Positions 24,321 through 38,167 of a stretch of DNA of 64,000 bases are shown piece by piece. This stretch comes from Asterias rubens. Taxonomy: Eukaryota. Numbering within the stretch: position 1 is the stretch's first letter; every line of letters begins with the position of its first letter. Under the pieces are notes generated by a model, which was given only the letters and a program-made list of their open reading frames with translations, was not told where the DNA came from and searched no databases. The translations under genes were made by a program, and so were the position numbers. The DNA is taken from contig NC_047079.1 of the NCBI RefSeq assembly GCF_902459465.1, positions 186,001 through 250,000 of the forward strand, read 5' to 3'.

Positions 24321-25384
24321 GGTACACATCAGACTGTAAGCTTGTCCTAGTTATTGGTTTGTACAGACATTGAACTTGACAAAGATTACCGGGGAAATGA
24401 GAGAAGCCTTTGTGTCCCTGGTTGTTTCCTTTTTGCCTTTGAAAGGTTTTTTCCATCAATTGACCCAATTCAACTATTTTCATCATCACAATAATCTTGG
24501 TTGCACTATTTTAGGAGTCAATGCCCCTTTGTCTATACATTGTAGTGCACATTTTAGTTGACGCGACATTGATTCACTTACCATACTTTTACCTGCAGTT
24601 TGGCACTCCGAAATGGCAAGCATAACGACAGAAGTCGTGTCACATTGGGGTAAGGGGTCAATAGACTCTCTGATAGTCATATGGGTGTGCCATTTTATTG
24701 AAAAGAATTCTTGGCCTGGGCAACTATTTGCCATTCATAGGGGTCCACATTGGTAGCTGTGACTGTTGCTATAGTGCAGCCTATGCAACATCCTGAATAA
24801 CCCGGTGATTGAGATTTTGTTGTAACTGCCGTGTAATCTACAATGCATGTGGTTGAGTCTGACCTTTTTCTCTTGCACAAATTTTGCAGGGAAAATATTT
24901 TCCTATAGGTTTATAAAATTGCATTGTTTTTTTGCTTTTTATTCAAACTATCGAACCTTGGCAACTTTACCCAAGATGATTTTAGATGAAGGTACATGTA
25001 CATACTACAATCACGTTATAGAAAAATGCTTAGCTAGTGTGAAAGCACTCGCTTATAAAAAATGTGGCTTTAGTGTTTGTTTTGGTTTTGGTGTTGTTTT
25101 TTTTTCACACTCAACAAAGGTTGGTTTATATGAAGCCTGGTGCTGCATGGGTACAAGCAAAATTGGGTTTAAGATAATATATATAGTCTGTGTCTCTGTG
25201 ACCTGATTCTTTGGGAGTATGTTTTAAAATTCTGCTTATGTTTTTTTTGGTTTTTTTTGCAAACATACATTTTTTATTTGTTGGAAAAATGCGTTTCTTT
25301 TTTAGTAATTATAGTATTAGTTCTACGCTTACACCGATTTGTGATGAGATGAGCACTATGAACTGTGGGGGTAAAGCCACAGAC

Positions 25385-25655
25385 ATTAGTGAGATTCGAA
25401 CCATTGACCTGCACCATTCTAGAGCAGTGTCTGGCATGTTACTCGGGTGGGATTCGATCCCACGACCCTTTCAATTTTAGAGCAGTGTCAACCTTGGTAG
25501 TCTACATGTAGTTGGTAAGACACTGGTCTAGAATTGCAAGGGTCATGGGTTCGAATCCCACCCGAATAACATGCCTGTGATATTTTTTCACAGGACTCGG
25601 GAAAGTACTGAGTATACAGTGCTAACACACATCGGTGTATGGGTAAAAACCAAAA
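25385..25655. mobile_element. Head-to-head tRNA-derived SINE copies
   Basis: Arms 25433-25489 and 25519-25575 are reverse complements; the plus copy continues to ~25655. Confidence 0.8.
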
Positions 25656-26844
25656 TTAAGATCCAAGAGTGCTCGATGAAAGGCTACATGCAGTTGTGTT
25701 ATGAAGATAATAATACTCATTGTTGTTCACTTTTCCCTTGTAATAAATACAAATGTTAACAGAATGATAAACATGAACATGAAGATAGGAATAGCTTTCC
25801 AGGAGTTCATACTACAGTACCACTCATACTGATAAAGCTTGTTTCTTCTTTCTATATCTATTGGCACTACATGTTTACAAAAGGCAGAAAGCTTGGACTT
25901 TTGGCATGTACAACAATAATGCATGTTAAGAATGTAACCTTCTGTATCAACTTTTGGTATGAAGGAATGAGACACATCTCAAAACTTAATCAGCTGTTAC
26001 TTTTGTAATTTTAAGTACTTTCTATTATTAACAACAGGCCTGATAAAGGGCACCGCTTCAAGGAAAACATAAATTTCAAGGGGCAGAAAGAGAATGGCAT
26101 GGGGCATGTACATGCAATGCTAGGAGTCCACTGGGCCAGCGCCAATTGGTGCCAGTTCGGGCCAAAGATTATGTGATTGGCGCGAAGTGGCTCGCTGTGG
26201 CGCCGAATTAATGTCCGCTCGGCATGTGTCGCCAAGTCCTGCGATGCCGCCCTGCTTTTATAGGCGGCAAGTGGCGCCGAATGGCGGGCAACCAGGTGGC
26301 ATTTGGCGCGAAGTAGTCACCAATCAGTTGGGAAATGTCCTCTCTTATTGTAAAGGTGGACTTATAAAACGTCATACTTACATGTGCATGCATGTACAGT
26401 ATATCTTTGCAATAACAAAATCTAAATTGAATCAAAACAAGCCATATTTTCAGCTACAAGCTGGAACTTTTTTTAAAGAGAGATACAGACTTCAGGAAAG
26501 AAAATGATGTGTAGAATCATTGACCAATGAACAGTTTCATATTTTCAGTTTCTCACAATTTGGATCCTTTTAGCCCCGTTTTCAAAAGTATTTTTAATTC
26601 AGAATAGTCTAATATGGCATACAATACATTTAATGTTCACTGGCTGTATTAATGCTGGCTGAAATAATATCATGTTATTATCCTCTGAAGTCAGGTATTT
26701 AAATGTGGAGAGGGCAGGGCCATTTTCATTTTGTATTTGTGGTTCTTCTGTACAAAAATCTGAAAGTCTATGTGTAACTTCTGAATGGAAACCAAGGCCA
26801 AAACTGGGCCAACATAGGAAAAAGCTTCAGGCCAGCCCTCTTAA

Positions 26845-27212
26845 AGATGCTATATCAGATTTTGGGCCGATTGGACTCCAACATTTTGATTTAAAATTCC
26901 ATAGGTATTTTGATGGGGGTCGAGAAAGTTACAAGCGTTCATTTGAACCATTGCTCGAAAATGTCCGCCAATTATTAGTAGCAGTGAAATAAAGTGCTAA
27001 AAATTAGTTTTTGTTGGGATCCCGACAATATATCACGTGACCAATTCTCATGTGTTTTGTAAAGAAACGTTTTTAACTTTTGTCATGGTTCCTGACCATT
27101 AAAAGTAAAAGTTAAACTTTTTTCGTTAGAGTGGGTGATACTCTTTGAAATACCATTCACTAAAAAAAATATATTTTGTAATGTTTGGGGCAAAAAATCT
27201 GACATAGCATCT
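26845..27212. mobile_element. TTAA-flanked MITE (TIR AGATGCTATATCAGATTTT)
   Basis: TTAA|AGATGCTATATCAGATTTT...AAAATCTGACATAGCATCT|TTAA. Confidence 0.85.
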
Positions 27213-28096
27213 TTAAATATTATTACCACAAAAGTGACCCTTGCATTGTTCAGATGTGCTGCAGATTTTGAAGTACATGTACATCTGCCTTAACCAAAAG
27301 GAAGGCATAAGTAAGATTGTACTATTTTGAAGCAAATCACAAGAGCTAAGAAGCAATACCATCGCACTCTTGTCATTAACATGATACTGGAATATTGCAG
27401 TGTTGAAGTTGAGTTTTTGAAGTCCGCAGCACCAGAGAAGTAGATCAGGGAGAATGATTTCTGTACATCTGAAGAGATAAAACAACCTTTTTTTCCACAA
27501 GCCAGGCAAACAATATTGCTGAATTCAGAAATGTCTCATCCCTGGCTTATACATCAAGGTGGTATGTAAAAGAAATGCTACGTTTATATCATTTCAAAGA
27601 TGTTTTTATTTTTAGAATGTTTTTTTTTCTTCTCGTTATAGTCTAATTGATCGATGGAATGATTTTCTGTTAGGCACATAAATAAGAAAGAATGTTTCAC
27701 AGGTTATCTTAGGTCACGGTGATTATAATTTATGACATGATTTTTCTATATTTTTAATTGTTTAAACTAAGTACATGTAGTTTTCCTGTTAATGTATAGA
27801 CAAACTTTAAGAAAATAAAAATGTATATGAATGTACTGATTGCATTGTTCTGTGGTAATATAATTCCTATGCATAGCTGGACAGTGCCAAGACATGGGAA
27901 CTCATCAATTTTAAAATCCAAACGATAGTATTAATTACCATCCCACGCAGGGATGTGATTTCTCCGTTTTTATCTGAAAATCTAGGTTTTTGTTTAAACC
28001 CTCACCCCAATTTACAAGAAAATGGAGATAAAACCATATTGAACACCCCAGAGGGCAAAGTAGAGCTTTCAAAACCAAAGATAAATGTATGTTAGC

Positions 28097-28237
28097 AGCC
28101 ATCGATTTCACTAAACTCTTCCTTACTTAGGATTAATCCTTGGACGTTAGGACGAATTGAACCCATCCTTACTCAGGACGAGTAACTCGTCCTAACTGAG
28201 TTGGGATGAATCCTATCATTTTGTGAAATCGACTGCA
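28097..28237. mobile_element. Short MITE with TTAGGACGAGT repeats; inverted relative at ~56160-56332
   Basis: gatttcac...gtgaaatc ends and shared taggacgagtaac(t/c)cgtc core. Confidence 0.65.
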
Positions 28238-28354
28238 GACTTCGTACCTGCAAGCAAGCTTTCACATTTCATAGTTCAGGTTTTTTCTCAAAAGCCTATC
28301 ACATCCCTACAGGAGGCATATTTGGGATAATTGTTGTTGCATGGTTCTCATTAA

Positions 28355-28685
28355 AGGGTCTATGTAACTTTTTTAGGAAAAAAACACAATGTCCACAGAT
28401 TTACACTAAACTTACACAGTTTGAAGATAATGATAGTAGAAAGCTTTCCTGAAAGTACTACGTGCTGAGGTGCTGTAGTTTTGGGAAATGAGTAAAACAG
28501 TGTCATGAAAATTATCTTAATCATTTACAAACGTATTTTCATGACATTATTTTACTCATTATTCAAAAAGTTCAGCACCTCAGTAAGTAATATTTGAAGC
28601 GAAGCTTTCCACTATAATTATCTTCAAACCCTGTATTAAAGTTTAATGTAAATCTATGGACATTTTGAAAAGGTACCCAAATCCT
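28355..28685. mobile_element. TTAA-flanked MITE (AGGG...TCCT), related in part to 49297-49621
   Basis: TTAA on both sides, AG...CT termini, internal inverted repeats (gcacctcag/ctgaggtgc). Confidence 0.7.
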
Positions 28686-30514
28686 TTAATACTTGTACCA
28701 TTTTAATTCACTTGGTACATTTCTGCCCAAAAGATGCATTGAAAACAAAGTTTGTTCGTTTCATAATACTAATTTCTTACCATTATGACAAAGAGGAACA
28801 CCACTAACTAAATCTGTAGGTCAAGTCAACAATGTTGCGGGAACAAATAATCTTTCAAAAAGTAATCTCAAAACAAGTAATCTCAACGTATTGTTTTCAC
28901 TTTTTTATTTATTCTAAAACATGGTATAAGAACATGAGGAACAAGTAAGTATACAAGTTGTTTATCAAATAATACAAAAACATAAACTTTTAATTAAAGA
29001 CAACTATTGGGAGATAAAAAAGCTAACATTACACAATGCAGAATCATCATGCCACTCTGTCGGTAATTCAAAACCATGAACATTTGTTGTTTGAAAGTTT
29101 ATCTTTAATGGAAAGTACATCAACATTTATTATAGAAGTATCCATGTTATCGTATCTTTAACATGGGGCTGTTTTTGTGGTCGAATCATTCATTTTTTTC
29201 CTCAGTATTTTCAAGTCTACACTTAAGAGTAAGACGTAAGAGTGTGAAAACATATGACGTTGCTCCAATGTCGTGCTTACATAAGCACAGTTAATGGCGG
29301 ACTGTCTCTCGCAACGTAAAACCAAAACTTTAACAATTTCAACACACCATGAAGTGTAAGTGTTATTGTTAACAAAAACTGATAGATGATTTAGAAAAAA
29401 AAATTATTAAGTTTTTGATTGTGAACAATTTTCCTGTTATCCTACTGAAAACACATGACACCAGGATACTATTGTGACCATTACCAATCAGACTATGTTG
29501 TGTCTTTATTTGGCAGAATCTCATGCCACAAAGTGCCACTACACTTTACCATTTAAATCATGACTAAGTAGTTTCTACTACCTTGACTTTCGTTGTCATA
29601 ATTTATACTGAATTCAACAAATAATTAACAAACATACTTTCTGTACTGAAGAATATATCAGGCAGAACATTGAATGTTGCCTTGCATGGATCGGTCGAGT
29701 TGGTCTTTGAAAAGCGTTTGTAAATGTAACCATTAAATTTGTTATAAAATGCATATGATGTATTGAAAGATACACAAGTATCACTCGAAATGCGTGGTTT
29801 TCCTTTTACCTCGTCGACTAACACGGTCGGCCATTTATGGATAATAAACGGCCGACCGTGTTAGTTCACAAAGTAAAATGAAAACCATGTAATTTCAAGG
29901 CAAATTTGCGTGGATCATTGTATTCTACTTTTTAATCATCTTTCTAACCATATGCATTTTATAACAAACGATACAAATGCTTTTCAAAGACCAACTCGAC
30001 CGAGTTAACATTGAGTAGTAAAGACAAAACCCAGTGCTTTATGTTATCAAGCAAACTTTTACGAAGCATTAACACAAAGTGTTGAAGCAAAATGTGATGT
30101 CACTTTAGGTCTTTAAATAGTCACAACTACATCTTTATATTTCTGATTCATAAATACCTCAGACAGTTTCGCTATTCCTATTGGTTGAGAGCACGTCACG
30201 TGGGTGTGTGTATAAATCTTTGTTTATGACCAGTAAAAAGTGTTGAAACATGGGCGTGACACGCGAGCTTGCACCTGTGATTATAAGACAGTTTCTTCAG
30301 CATTCCCTTATAAGGAGTTGTTTACCCGAGGGCCTTGACTGGGCCTTACCATTTCATAGCTGTTCACTCATTGAACAGTCATAATTTTTGCATTTATCTT
30401 ACTTTTTGTCCCAAAGTGTTGATGTTTTTTTATCGAAAAGGTATTTATGAATGGGAATCAAAGTGTATTGAATCGGTTTTTAACTAGTGGTTTAAACCCT
30501 TCGAGGCCTGGTTC

Positions 30515-30789
30515 TTATAACAGGCATGCAACTGCTCGTTGGGGAAAAAAAAGAGCGGAGTGAGGCAGCCGAAACGCCATGGGACATGACACCCAAAATG
30601 ATACCCTAGAAAATGTTGAGGTTTATCATGCTCTTAGGTGCATTGTTAGCATGTACTAGGCTTATTTTACATGATTGTAGTTGTACACTGTTGTTGCCAG
30701 GCATATAATATTAGGCTAAACAAATCTGGGAACAAAAAGATAATATACAAATTTTTTTAAAACGCGGAAGAGTTGCATGCCTGTTATAA
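30515..30789. mobile_element. MITE (TIR TTATAACAGGCATGCAACT) inserted into the 30146 element
   Basis: ttataacaggcatgcaact...agttgcatgcctgttataa. Confidence 0.75.
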
Positions 30790-31434
30790 TTTAATGACAT
30801 TGAAGACAAATAATGACATGTATGCTGAATCTTACCCATTTACCCATGGGTATGGATAACTTTTGACGCAAGCCCCCCAAATTAGGGTTTTTATTATGAA
30901 AAGTGACATATATAACACTGCCATGGCAAAAAAAAAACATTTAACATTTTCAAAACATGAGTAACACAAGGGAACTTACGAAAGATAAATTTCATAAAAT
31001 GATTTAATATTGGATGATATTTATTCTATGTTAACCATGAAAAGTACCAAGTTGGAATCTATTTGCTGGTAATCATCTTGGTATAAGAGGCATGAACAAA
31101 GTTGTAAAATGGTTTATGACTGACCCATGCTTCCTATAGATAGTTCCCACACGACGTAAATCAGCCATCTTTATGGGCAATTGGGTACACACAGCCACGC
31201 GTTTTGAGCAAGAACGGCGTGCTTGATTGGTTAGTAAACAGCATGGTAAGTGTTAATTAACTGAGCTCTTGATGCGCCTGCAAGCCAAAATGCAACTTAT
31301 CTATTGTTTACAAACTGTTCATGCCAATCATATCTTGAATCAAGTTACCACCATATCTAGCTAACAAAGTGTATATGAACTTAAACTGGTCAAATAGATC
31401 CATCAACAACATAGTAAGTGTTGAACATAAGTCT

Positions 31435-34400
31435 CTATGCAGATAGTTTTCTGACAAAAGTTACCATGGAAACAATTGTACAAATACTGAAAGTGAGTGA
31501 TGATGCTCCATTGCAATTATCACCTTGGCAACAGAAAGCACATCCTTCAATGCCAAATAATTCAGCACACAGCTCGGTACATACTTCACTGCAGCTGCGG
31601 GTCACCGATGTTACCTCCCCATTTATTTTTGCTGTAGATTTCTGGAGAATGTAATAAAAAGTTTGGAACCAAAGAAAGCATGATTTAAACAAACGATTGA
31701 AAGTGTAATGGGAGGAAACTTACAAGTCTTGTTTTAATAAACAAAAATAGTTTTTGTTAAACAATCACCAAAAACATCCACATTAACCTAATATCCAGGA
31801 CGTCACTGTAGTATAATACGAATGTGTAAGGCTGCCAGGGCTAACCTGTAAAACTGAAGTCACACACCTGGTTATTTATGTAACACATTAAGGCCATTAA
31901 TTAATAGTGTGTGAACTTATTGTGCATTCTGTTTGGACTTAAAGCCATTGGACCCTTTCAGTAAACAGTGTTGTCCAAGGCCCACACTTTGTGTACCACA
32001 ACTTCTATATCAAATAACAAACCTGTGAAAATTTAGGCTCAATCGGTCATCGGAGTCGGGAGAAAAAAACGGAAAATCCCACCCTTGTTTCCGCACGTTT
32101 CGTCGTGTCATGACATGTGTTTAAAATAAATCCGTAATTCTCGTTAACGAGAATTTATATTGTTTTGCTGTTTTCTCAAAAAGTAAAGCATTTCATGGAA
32201 TAATATTTCAAGAGAAGTCTTTCACCATTGCCTTCTGTAAACCCTGTAAGTTATTTGTAAATCTGTGAACTTTTTTTTTTTTTTCGGAACCGAAAGGGTC
32301 CAATGGCTTTAAGTTAGGCCTGGCAAAACTTGTTTTTAGTAAAAAGTTTTGAACATTATTCAAGCAGTGCTTAGTAGTAAACCTCACCCATATTTCAGAT
32401 GTGTGTAACATGGAAAGACTCTAACTGCTTCGTTAACTACTGACTAATTCTTAGAAAAAAATATTTCATGTTTGGTTCGTCTCATTAAACCATGAGTGTT
32501 CATTTGATAAAGTTGAATGCTAATAATTCTCCAGTCAATTTAGGGATAAAAGTTATACTTTTGTAAAATCAACTTGATGTTAGTTTATGAAAATAAGGGA
32601 TATGGTCGCTTAAATAAAAAAAGGTAGCTTTTAAAGTCACTTCAGGTTTTGCTTTATTAAAATTAATGACAAAAAGTAATTATCACCAATTTCCCGTTTT
32701 TTATTTTAAGTTTCAAATTGAAAGCCCTGCTGAAATATAAGACACCATTATTTGTTGAGAATTGAGTTACAAAAACAATAACTTGAAACGGTCTTATTTG
32801 TGTATTTGTAAGAAAAGCAGTGATGTCAAATGGGGATGGATGTTTTTGCACATGCATTCACTGTACAAAAAAGTGTTTTTTTCACGCACTGATTCAAACA
32901 GATAAATATATATGAGATTAGACATGTACACATTAAAAAATGGATACCCCCTATTGTACAAACAAATTGGTTGCAGGCATGTATGTTTAGTTTTTGAAAG
33001 GACAAGAGCACCGAGGCATTTTCTCCTTGGTAAAGGGCACCCTATGTATTACTATGATGAAATTGTAAATTTCGACTTGGGCATTTCAAAGGCACCGATG
33101 CAACTCTGTGCATCAGCAGAAATTGGAATCTATAAAGTACAAGTTTGGATACAGTTTGGACACTGTTTTTTGTCCTTTGTTGACAGTTTTATTTCTTTCA
33201 TGAAAAGGCTCAGGGTTTTTTTCCCACTAATTCTGAAATCAGTAAAAAGCTTGGATAGAGTAATGACTTGTGCTAAACTTTACCATTTTCCCAAAACAAA
33301 CAAACAAACAAACAAACAAACAAACAAATAAACAAACAAACAAACAAACAAACAAACAAACAAACACTTTCATTGCAATGCTGAAAGAAAAAAAAATTAT
33401 TAATAATTTTAGCAACTGTATTTCATCTGAAGAATAAAAGTGACATTAAAACTTACCATACAGTAAGTTCCTTCACAGGTGTCTGTAGAGTTCCCAGTTG
33501 TATCAAAGGGATCATTGCATTCATCTCCGCTTAGACCAGAGACATAAGCACAAGAGTAACATTGTGCAGCCAGCAATCCATCTGTAAACAGATAAAACAA
33601 TCAACTATGATCCTCACCTGGCAGATTTTCTTGTTGTAATTTGCATTTTAAACTAGTTTCTTAGCTTTTTAGTCAGACTTTTCCTTGGTGTGTAAAATAC
33701 AGTATATATACTGTAATACCACACTGAAGCAATTGGAGGCAACTACTACACGCACCTAGTCATCACCTTCTAGGAAAAGTTGCCTTGCCCTACGCCAGGA
33801 CTGTTAAATTAATAGAGTAATCTCCCAACTAAAATGCCAACCCTATGCGATGAAACAGCCCTTGATAGATAAACCATGCAAAATTCAAGGAAACCACGTA
33901 TTGCCTGTTAGTTTTTGTTCATGCCTCAGTTGTTATTTGTGACAACAATCAATGTGCAACAAGTAGCTACATTTTTTTGATTAATTGGTGACTGCACTTG
34001 AGCTATGCCTTTTGCTTTTGTGTTGTTTTATATTGGCAGCAACATATTTTTCAACATATTATGGCTTTTTCTTTGAATTGAAAAAAAAAAAATAACGATG
34101 GGCGGATGCCATCAACTGATACCCTAATTACCTTCATTTGTTTATAAGAACAATGCAAACATATATTAAAACTTGATGGACATTGAAATTTTCACATCAC
34201 ACATTGATCTTCGATGACTTCAACTGGTCCCATTAGTTCTGACTCAATCTGAGTTTTTCCTGTTTTCAAGGCCAACGAGAAAGTATGGGTTCCTGGTGAA
34301 GCCATACGTGGAAGAAACATCTGCAGGGACTACCAATAGTAGGCCTACCATGACTATGTGTATGACTCTTGTAATAGCCAGTTGTCTTCATTTTATTCCA

Positions 34401-35592
34401 AATATTTTTATGACATTTAAAAAATTACTAGGCCCCCAATGGTAATTTGCAAACAATTTAAATATTTAAAAAGTGTGAACAATTATTGGCTTTCAAATCT
34501 GATTTTTATTTAGTTTTTTGTTCTGTTTTGCCTTCTTCTTAACATTTATAAAAAAGCGTATCAATAAACAGTGATAACTGAATTAACAAGCTGATGTTAA
34601 AATTGTATTGTTAATAAAATAGGCAAATAAAAGTGTAATTGATAAGATGAGGGTTGAACACAAATTCGCCAAATAGCCTAGAGTAGTGACATACATTTTA
34701 TAGTTAGAAAATGAAGGCACATGGCTTTTTTGATAATTAAACCCCTGTATTCTTTTCCAGAATGCTCAGCAGAATGTTCAGTCTCATGATTTGATCATCG
34801 TGAATTATTAAATTGAAAACAAATATTCGTGTTTGATGAAACTTATCCGGTGGGCAATTTTTTTATATATGGCCCGAACATTAGGATGACACATTTTTGT
34901 ACCTTGTTGTAGAATTTATAAATGCCTAAAAAAAGTACCAAACTTTTTGCAGTGAGTTACAACTTAAAAGTGCAACTAACCAGTGGAGCCCTACTTCTAC
35001 ACAGTGTTACATGTTTCTAATCTTAGTTTTGGTCATGTTGGTCAATGGGAGAGGAGACTCTTTGCTTGGCAAGTCAAACCACAAACATTTTATCTAGGGA
35101 CTATGTATTTACATCGCGCACAGAGAGGTAAAAGATTTGCCGCGGTTTTAGGGACACCTTGAAAACAGGACGTCTTACTGACTGTCAGACTGTTGTACTT
35201 ATTATAATTATAATTATAACTTAGTGCTACTTCAACATGTTAAACCAAACAAATGCTGTTTTCTCCAGATTCCAAACATAAAAGTTTGGCTGCATCAAAA
35301 AACTGCCCTTCTATTTTAATTCAACATGTGTATCCTAAAAATGTAACATTGTCCTAGTCTGCTACTAGTGCTAGTGAAGTCTTGTATGTCTCCCTACAAA
35401 AAAACAGCACTGTTAAGTTAGTGTTAGCACCACCTCACCTGCATGACCTGCCTACGCAATCATGGCAATATACATAGATAGGCATGATACTTGAAAGCAA
35501 ATCTCACATTTAAAAAAGATACGAAATTCAAGGATTTATTTGTTCTTACCAACTGCGGCGAAAAGAATGAAAGCAACAAATGCAAACTTCAT
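31435..35592 (-). CDS. Ly6/uPAR (three-finger, quiver/Lynx-like) secreted, probably GPI-anchored protein, 124 aa
   Basis: Exons 35592-35550 (signal peptide MKFAFVAFILFAAV), 33581-33457 (QCYSCAY...ECNDPF...TCEGTYCM), 31641-31435 (…RSCSEVCTELC…GCAFCCQGDNCN followed by a hydrophobic tail). Phases 1 and 0 give 375 nt. The CC-x4-CN terminus and three-exon layout are typical of LU-domain genes. Confidence 0.9.
31943..32308. mobile_element. TTAA-flanked MITE (TIR AGCCATTGGACCCTTTC)
   Basis: TTAA|AGCCATTGGACCCTTTC...GAAAGGGTCCAATGGCT|TTAA. Confidence 0.88.
33293..33366. repeat. (AAAC)n microsatellite
   Basis: Directly visible, ~18 units. Confidence 0.98.
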
Positions 35593-36630
35593 GACGATTG
35601 TGATTTGGTCCCTGTGGTGATGTGAAACAAACAGTGCAACCTCAGTCAGACTCGGAGATTCTGGTTGGTCAGTTGGTTTTGTACAGATTCCTGAATTCCT
35701 ACCGTCCGGTAAAAAGTTAAGAAAGAAGAGTGTTAAAATTAAAAAGGACCAAAAGTACAATAATTGATTGATTTGGTAAGAAAAGATAAGCCTCGTCGTC
35801 CGTTTTATCACAGAAATTGGTGTCTCATCACAGGAATTGGCTTCTCAATCTCAGTCAGTGATCATGTTGATCAGTCTGCTGAATTGTCATTCATTTCAAC
35901 ATGTTCAATCAAACATCTAAAGACGAACCCTGCCCTGGCAAGCATGGCAAGCCATGGCATGCCAAATACATAAGCCTAGATTATAAGTTTTAAGATATAC
36001 CTATGCCTACTAACTATTGACGAAGCTTAGTAATGATTGAAGGAAATCACACTTACCAGTTTTATCGAGTATAATTTGAATGTGTTTGTAGGCCTAATGT
36101 GGTGATAACAGACTTCTTCTTGTTCGCGCTAAAGTGCAAGTGAGGTTTCCCGCCTAATAAAAATACCCTGCACGAAATATTAAACCGTACTTTTGTTTAC
36201 GAGTTATGATTGGTTAACCCTTATCACAATCAGTCGTGATTGGTTGAAACTTTGCCAAACACACAGGGGCGTGTCACAAACATTCACTAGGTCGTACCAT
36301 TAATGCAGCAGGGGGAAATTGAAAGTTACGAAATACCTTTGAAATCCCCTCTCATATCACACACACCGAAGTAGAGTGCGCGTAGGGATTTTACGGGCGC
36401 AGAGATTTAGCAAAGATCGCATGGCACCGCGTAAAATTACTTAAAAAAAATACTCAACAAATAATTTAAATTTCAGACAACTAAACTTCAGATATCTTAT
36501 AAATTTTTGGTTAGCCGTTTTGGAATTTTTGCCAACTACCCTAGAAAAAAAAACACCCAGAAAAATAATGTGCTTTTTCCCAAACCGTTAGCTAGCAGCT
36601 GGATAGCCGGCCCACACTGCCAGTTTCCTA

Positions 36631-36785
36631 GGCCCTTTTCAAAACCACGGTTTCGGCTTTGGATTCGGCTTAAGGCGCCGTTCTATCTCTCGTCTGAGCC
36701 CCTCCTCCCTCTGAGCGTGCGTATGTCAACACAACAGGCGGGACCAAGCTAGCCAAAGCCAAATCCAGTCGTTTCGAAAAGGGCC
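36631..36785. mobile_element. Short MITE (GGCCCTTTTC...GAAAAGGGCC, Harbinger-like); related fragment at ~12826-12878
   Basis: Terminal inverted repeats; shared ccacgg(t/c)ttcgg(c/t)ttt core. Confidence 0.55.
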
Positions 36786-38167
36786 ATAGACTTCCCGTGG
36801 CCACATGCTATGCACAAATTAAAGTTTGCGACGCTCTGCATTCCCCCACAATTGTCAGCCATTTTCATGGTATGGAACAGAATAATAAGTAGGATTCAGT
36901 GAAACAAGTTAATAGTCCCCTAAAAAAAAACGAAAAGGAAACTATCTCAATTCATGGACATAAACTTACTCTTTATTTCAGTTGGTTTTGTTAGTGTCAG
37001 ACAATTACACATATTGCTATCATTGAAAGAAGTGAGTGTTTGCAAATCATTGTAATCGCCCTTATAGAGTTAGGGGCATCTCTGCAATAAAACTAGACTA
37101 TGTATCTATACCATGATATAATATGACTGCAGTAAAAAATAAAAAATAAATCAATATACACATTATATCGGGTCCCATGAATGGTCTACACTTCTAATAA
37201 AAAACATAGACAAACTTACATGTACACTCATGATATTAATAGTATTTTTAAAAAGCAACTAAAATGGCAGCTAGCTCACTGAGAACTTATAGCAAAAAAT
37301 GCGCTTTACTTAAAGTAGCAAAATTCAATAGTTTCACTCAAATTATTAAGTAACCATAATGAGAACTTTGAACATATTTATGCATGCTTGCCTGCATGAC
37401 CTTTTAAACTTACCTGGGCTAAAACTATAACTAAACCAGAAGCTATCCTCAGGACAGAGGAAATTCCTGAAACTGCCGTGGGTGTGTATAAACCAGTAAA
37501 AAGTGTTGAAACATGGGCGTGACACGCGAGTTTGCACCTGTGCTTATAAGACAGTTTCTTCATTCCTATTGATCGATCAGAGCAACGGCCGAGACAGTTG
37601 TGCCACATCACGAGATACGCGCGACGCGCACAGTATTCCCTTATAAGGAGTTGTTTACCAGAGTGCCTCGACAGGGCCTTACCATTTCATAGCTGGAGGG
37701 GAGTTGTGTTGAAAGAAATCATTGAAAAATTATAATTTTTTGCATTTGTTTTACTTTTTGACCATAAGTGCTGATGTTTTTTGACCGAAAAGGTATTTAT
37801 GAACGGGAATCAAAGTGTGTTGAGGCCTGGTTCTTGTTAATTTACCTCGACTTCGTCTCGGTAAAATTATCAAGAACCAGGCCTCGTGGGGATTAAACCA
37901 CTAGTTGAAAACCTCTTCACCACACATTGACTCCCTTATTTAAAAACACAACAATCTGCTAAGAAAACATTGTTTTCAAATGTTTAGCTCCCCAAACTGA
38001 GAATTGTTTGGAAAATATTTGGACCTCCTCCAAAGAAGAACTTGGTTCCTCGGTTGGCATTTACTTTATTGACAGCATTTCAATAAATGCCGATTACACT
38101 TTCTTCAAGAAATTGTTTAGCATTTACAAAATGAGACCAGCTCCCATATCGCAATGTCAACCGTCTT

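Noticed and set aside
25500-25575. tRNA-like sequence with A and B boxes (also 9040-9100 and 59060-59120)
   Set aside because: It continues into a shared non-tRNA body and lacks a complete cloverleaf, so it is a SINE head, not a tRNA gene.
31788-31846. Exon-like AG...GT segment in Ly6 intron 2
   Set aside because: Inclusion would shift frame and destroy the CC-x4-CN terminus.
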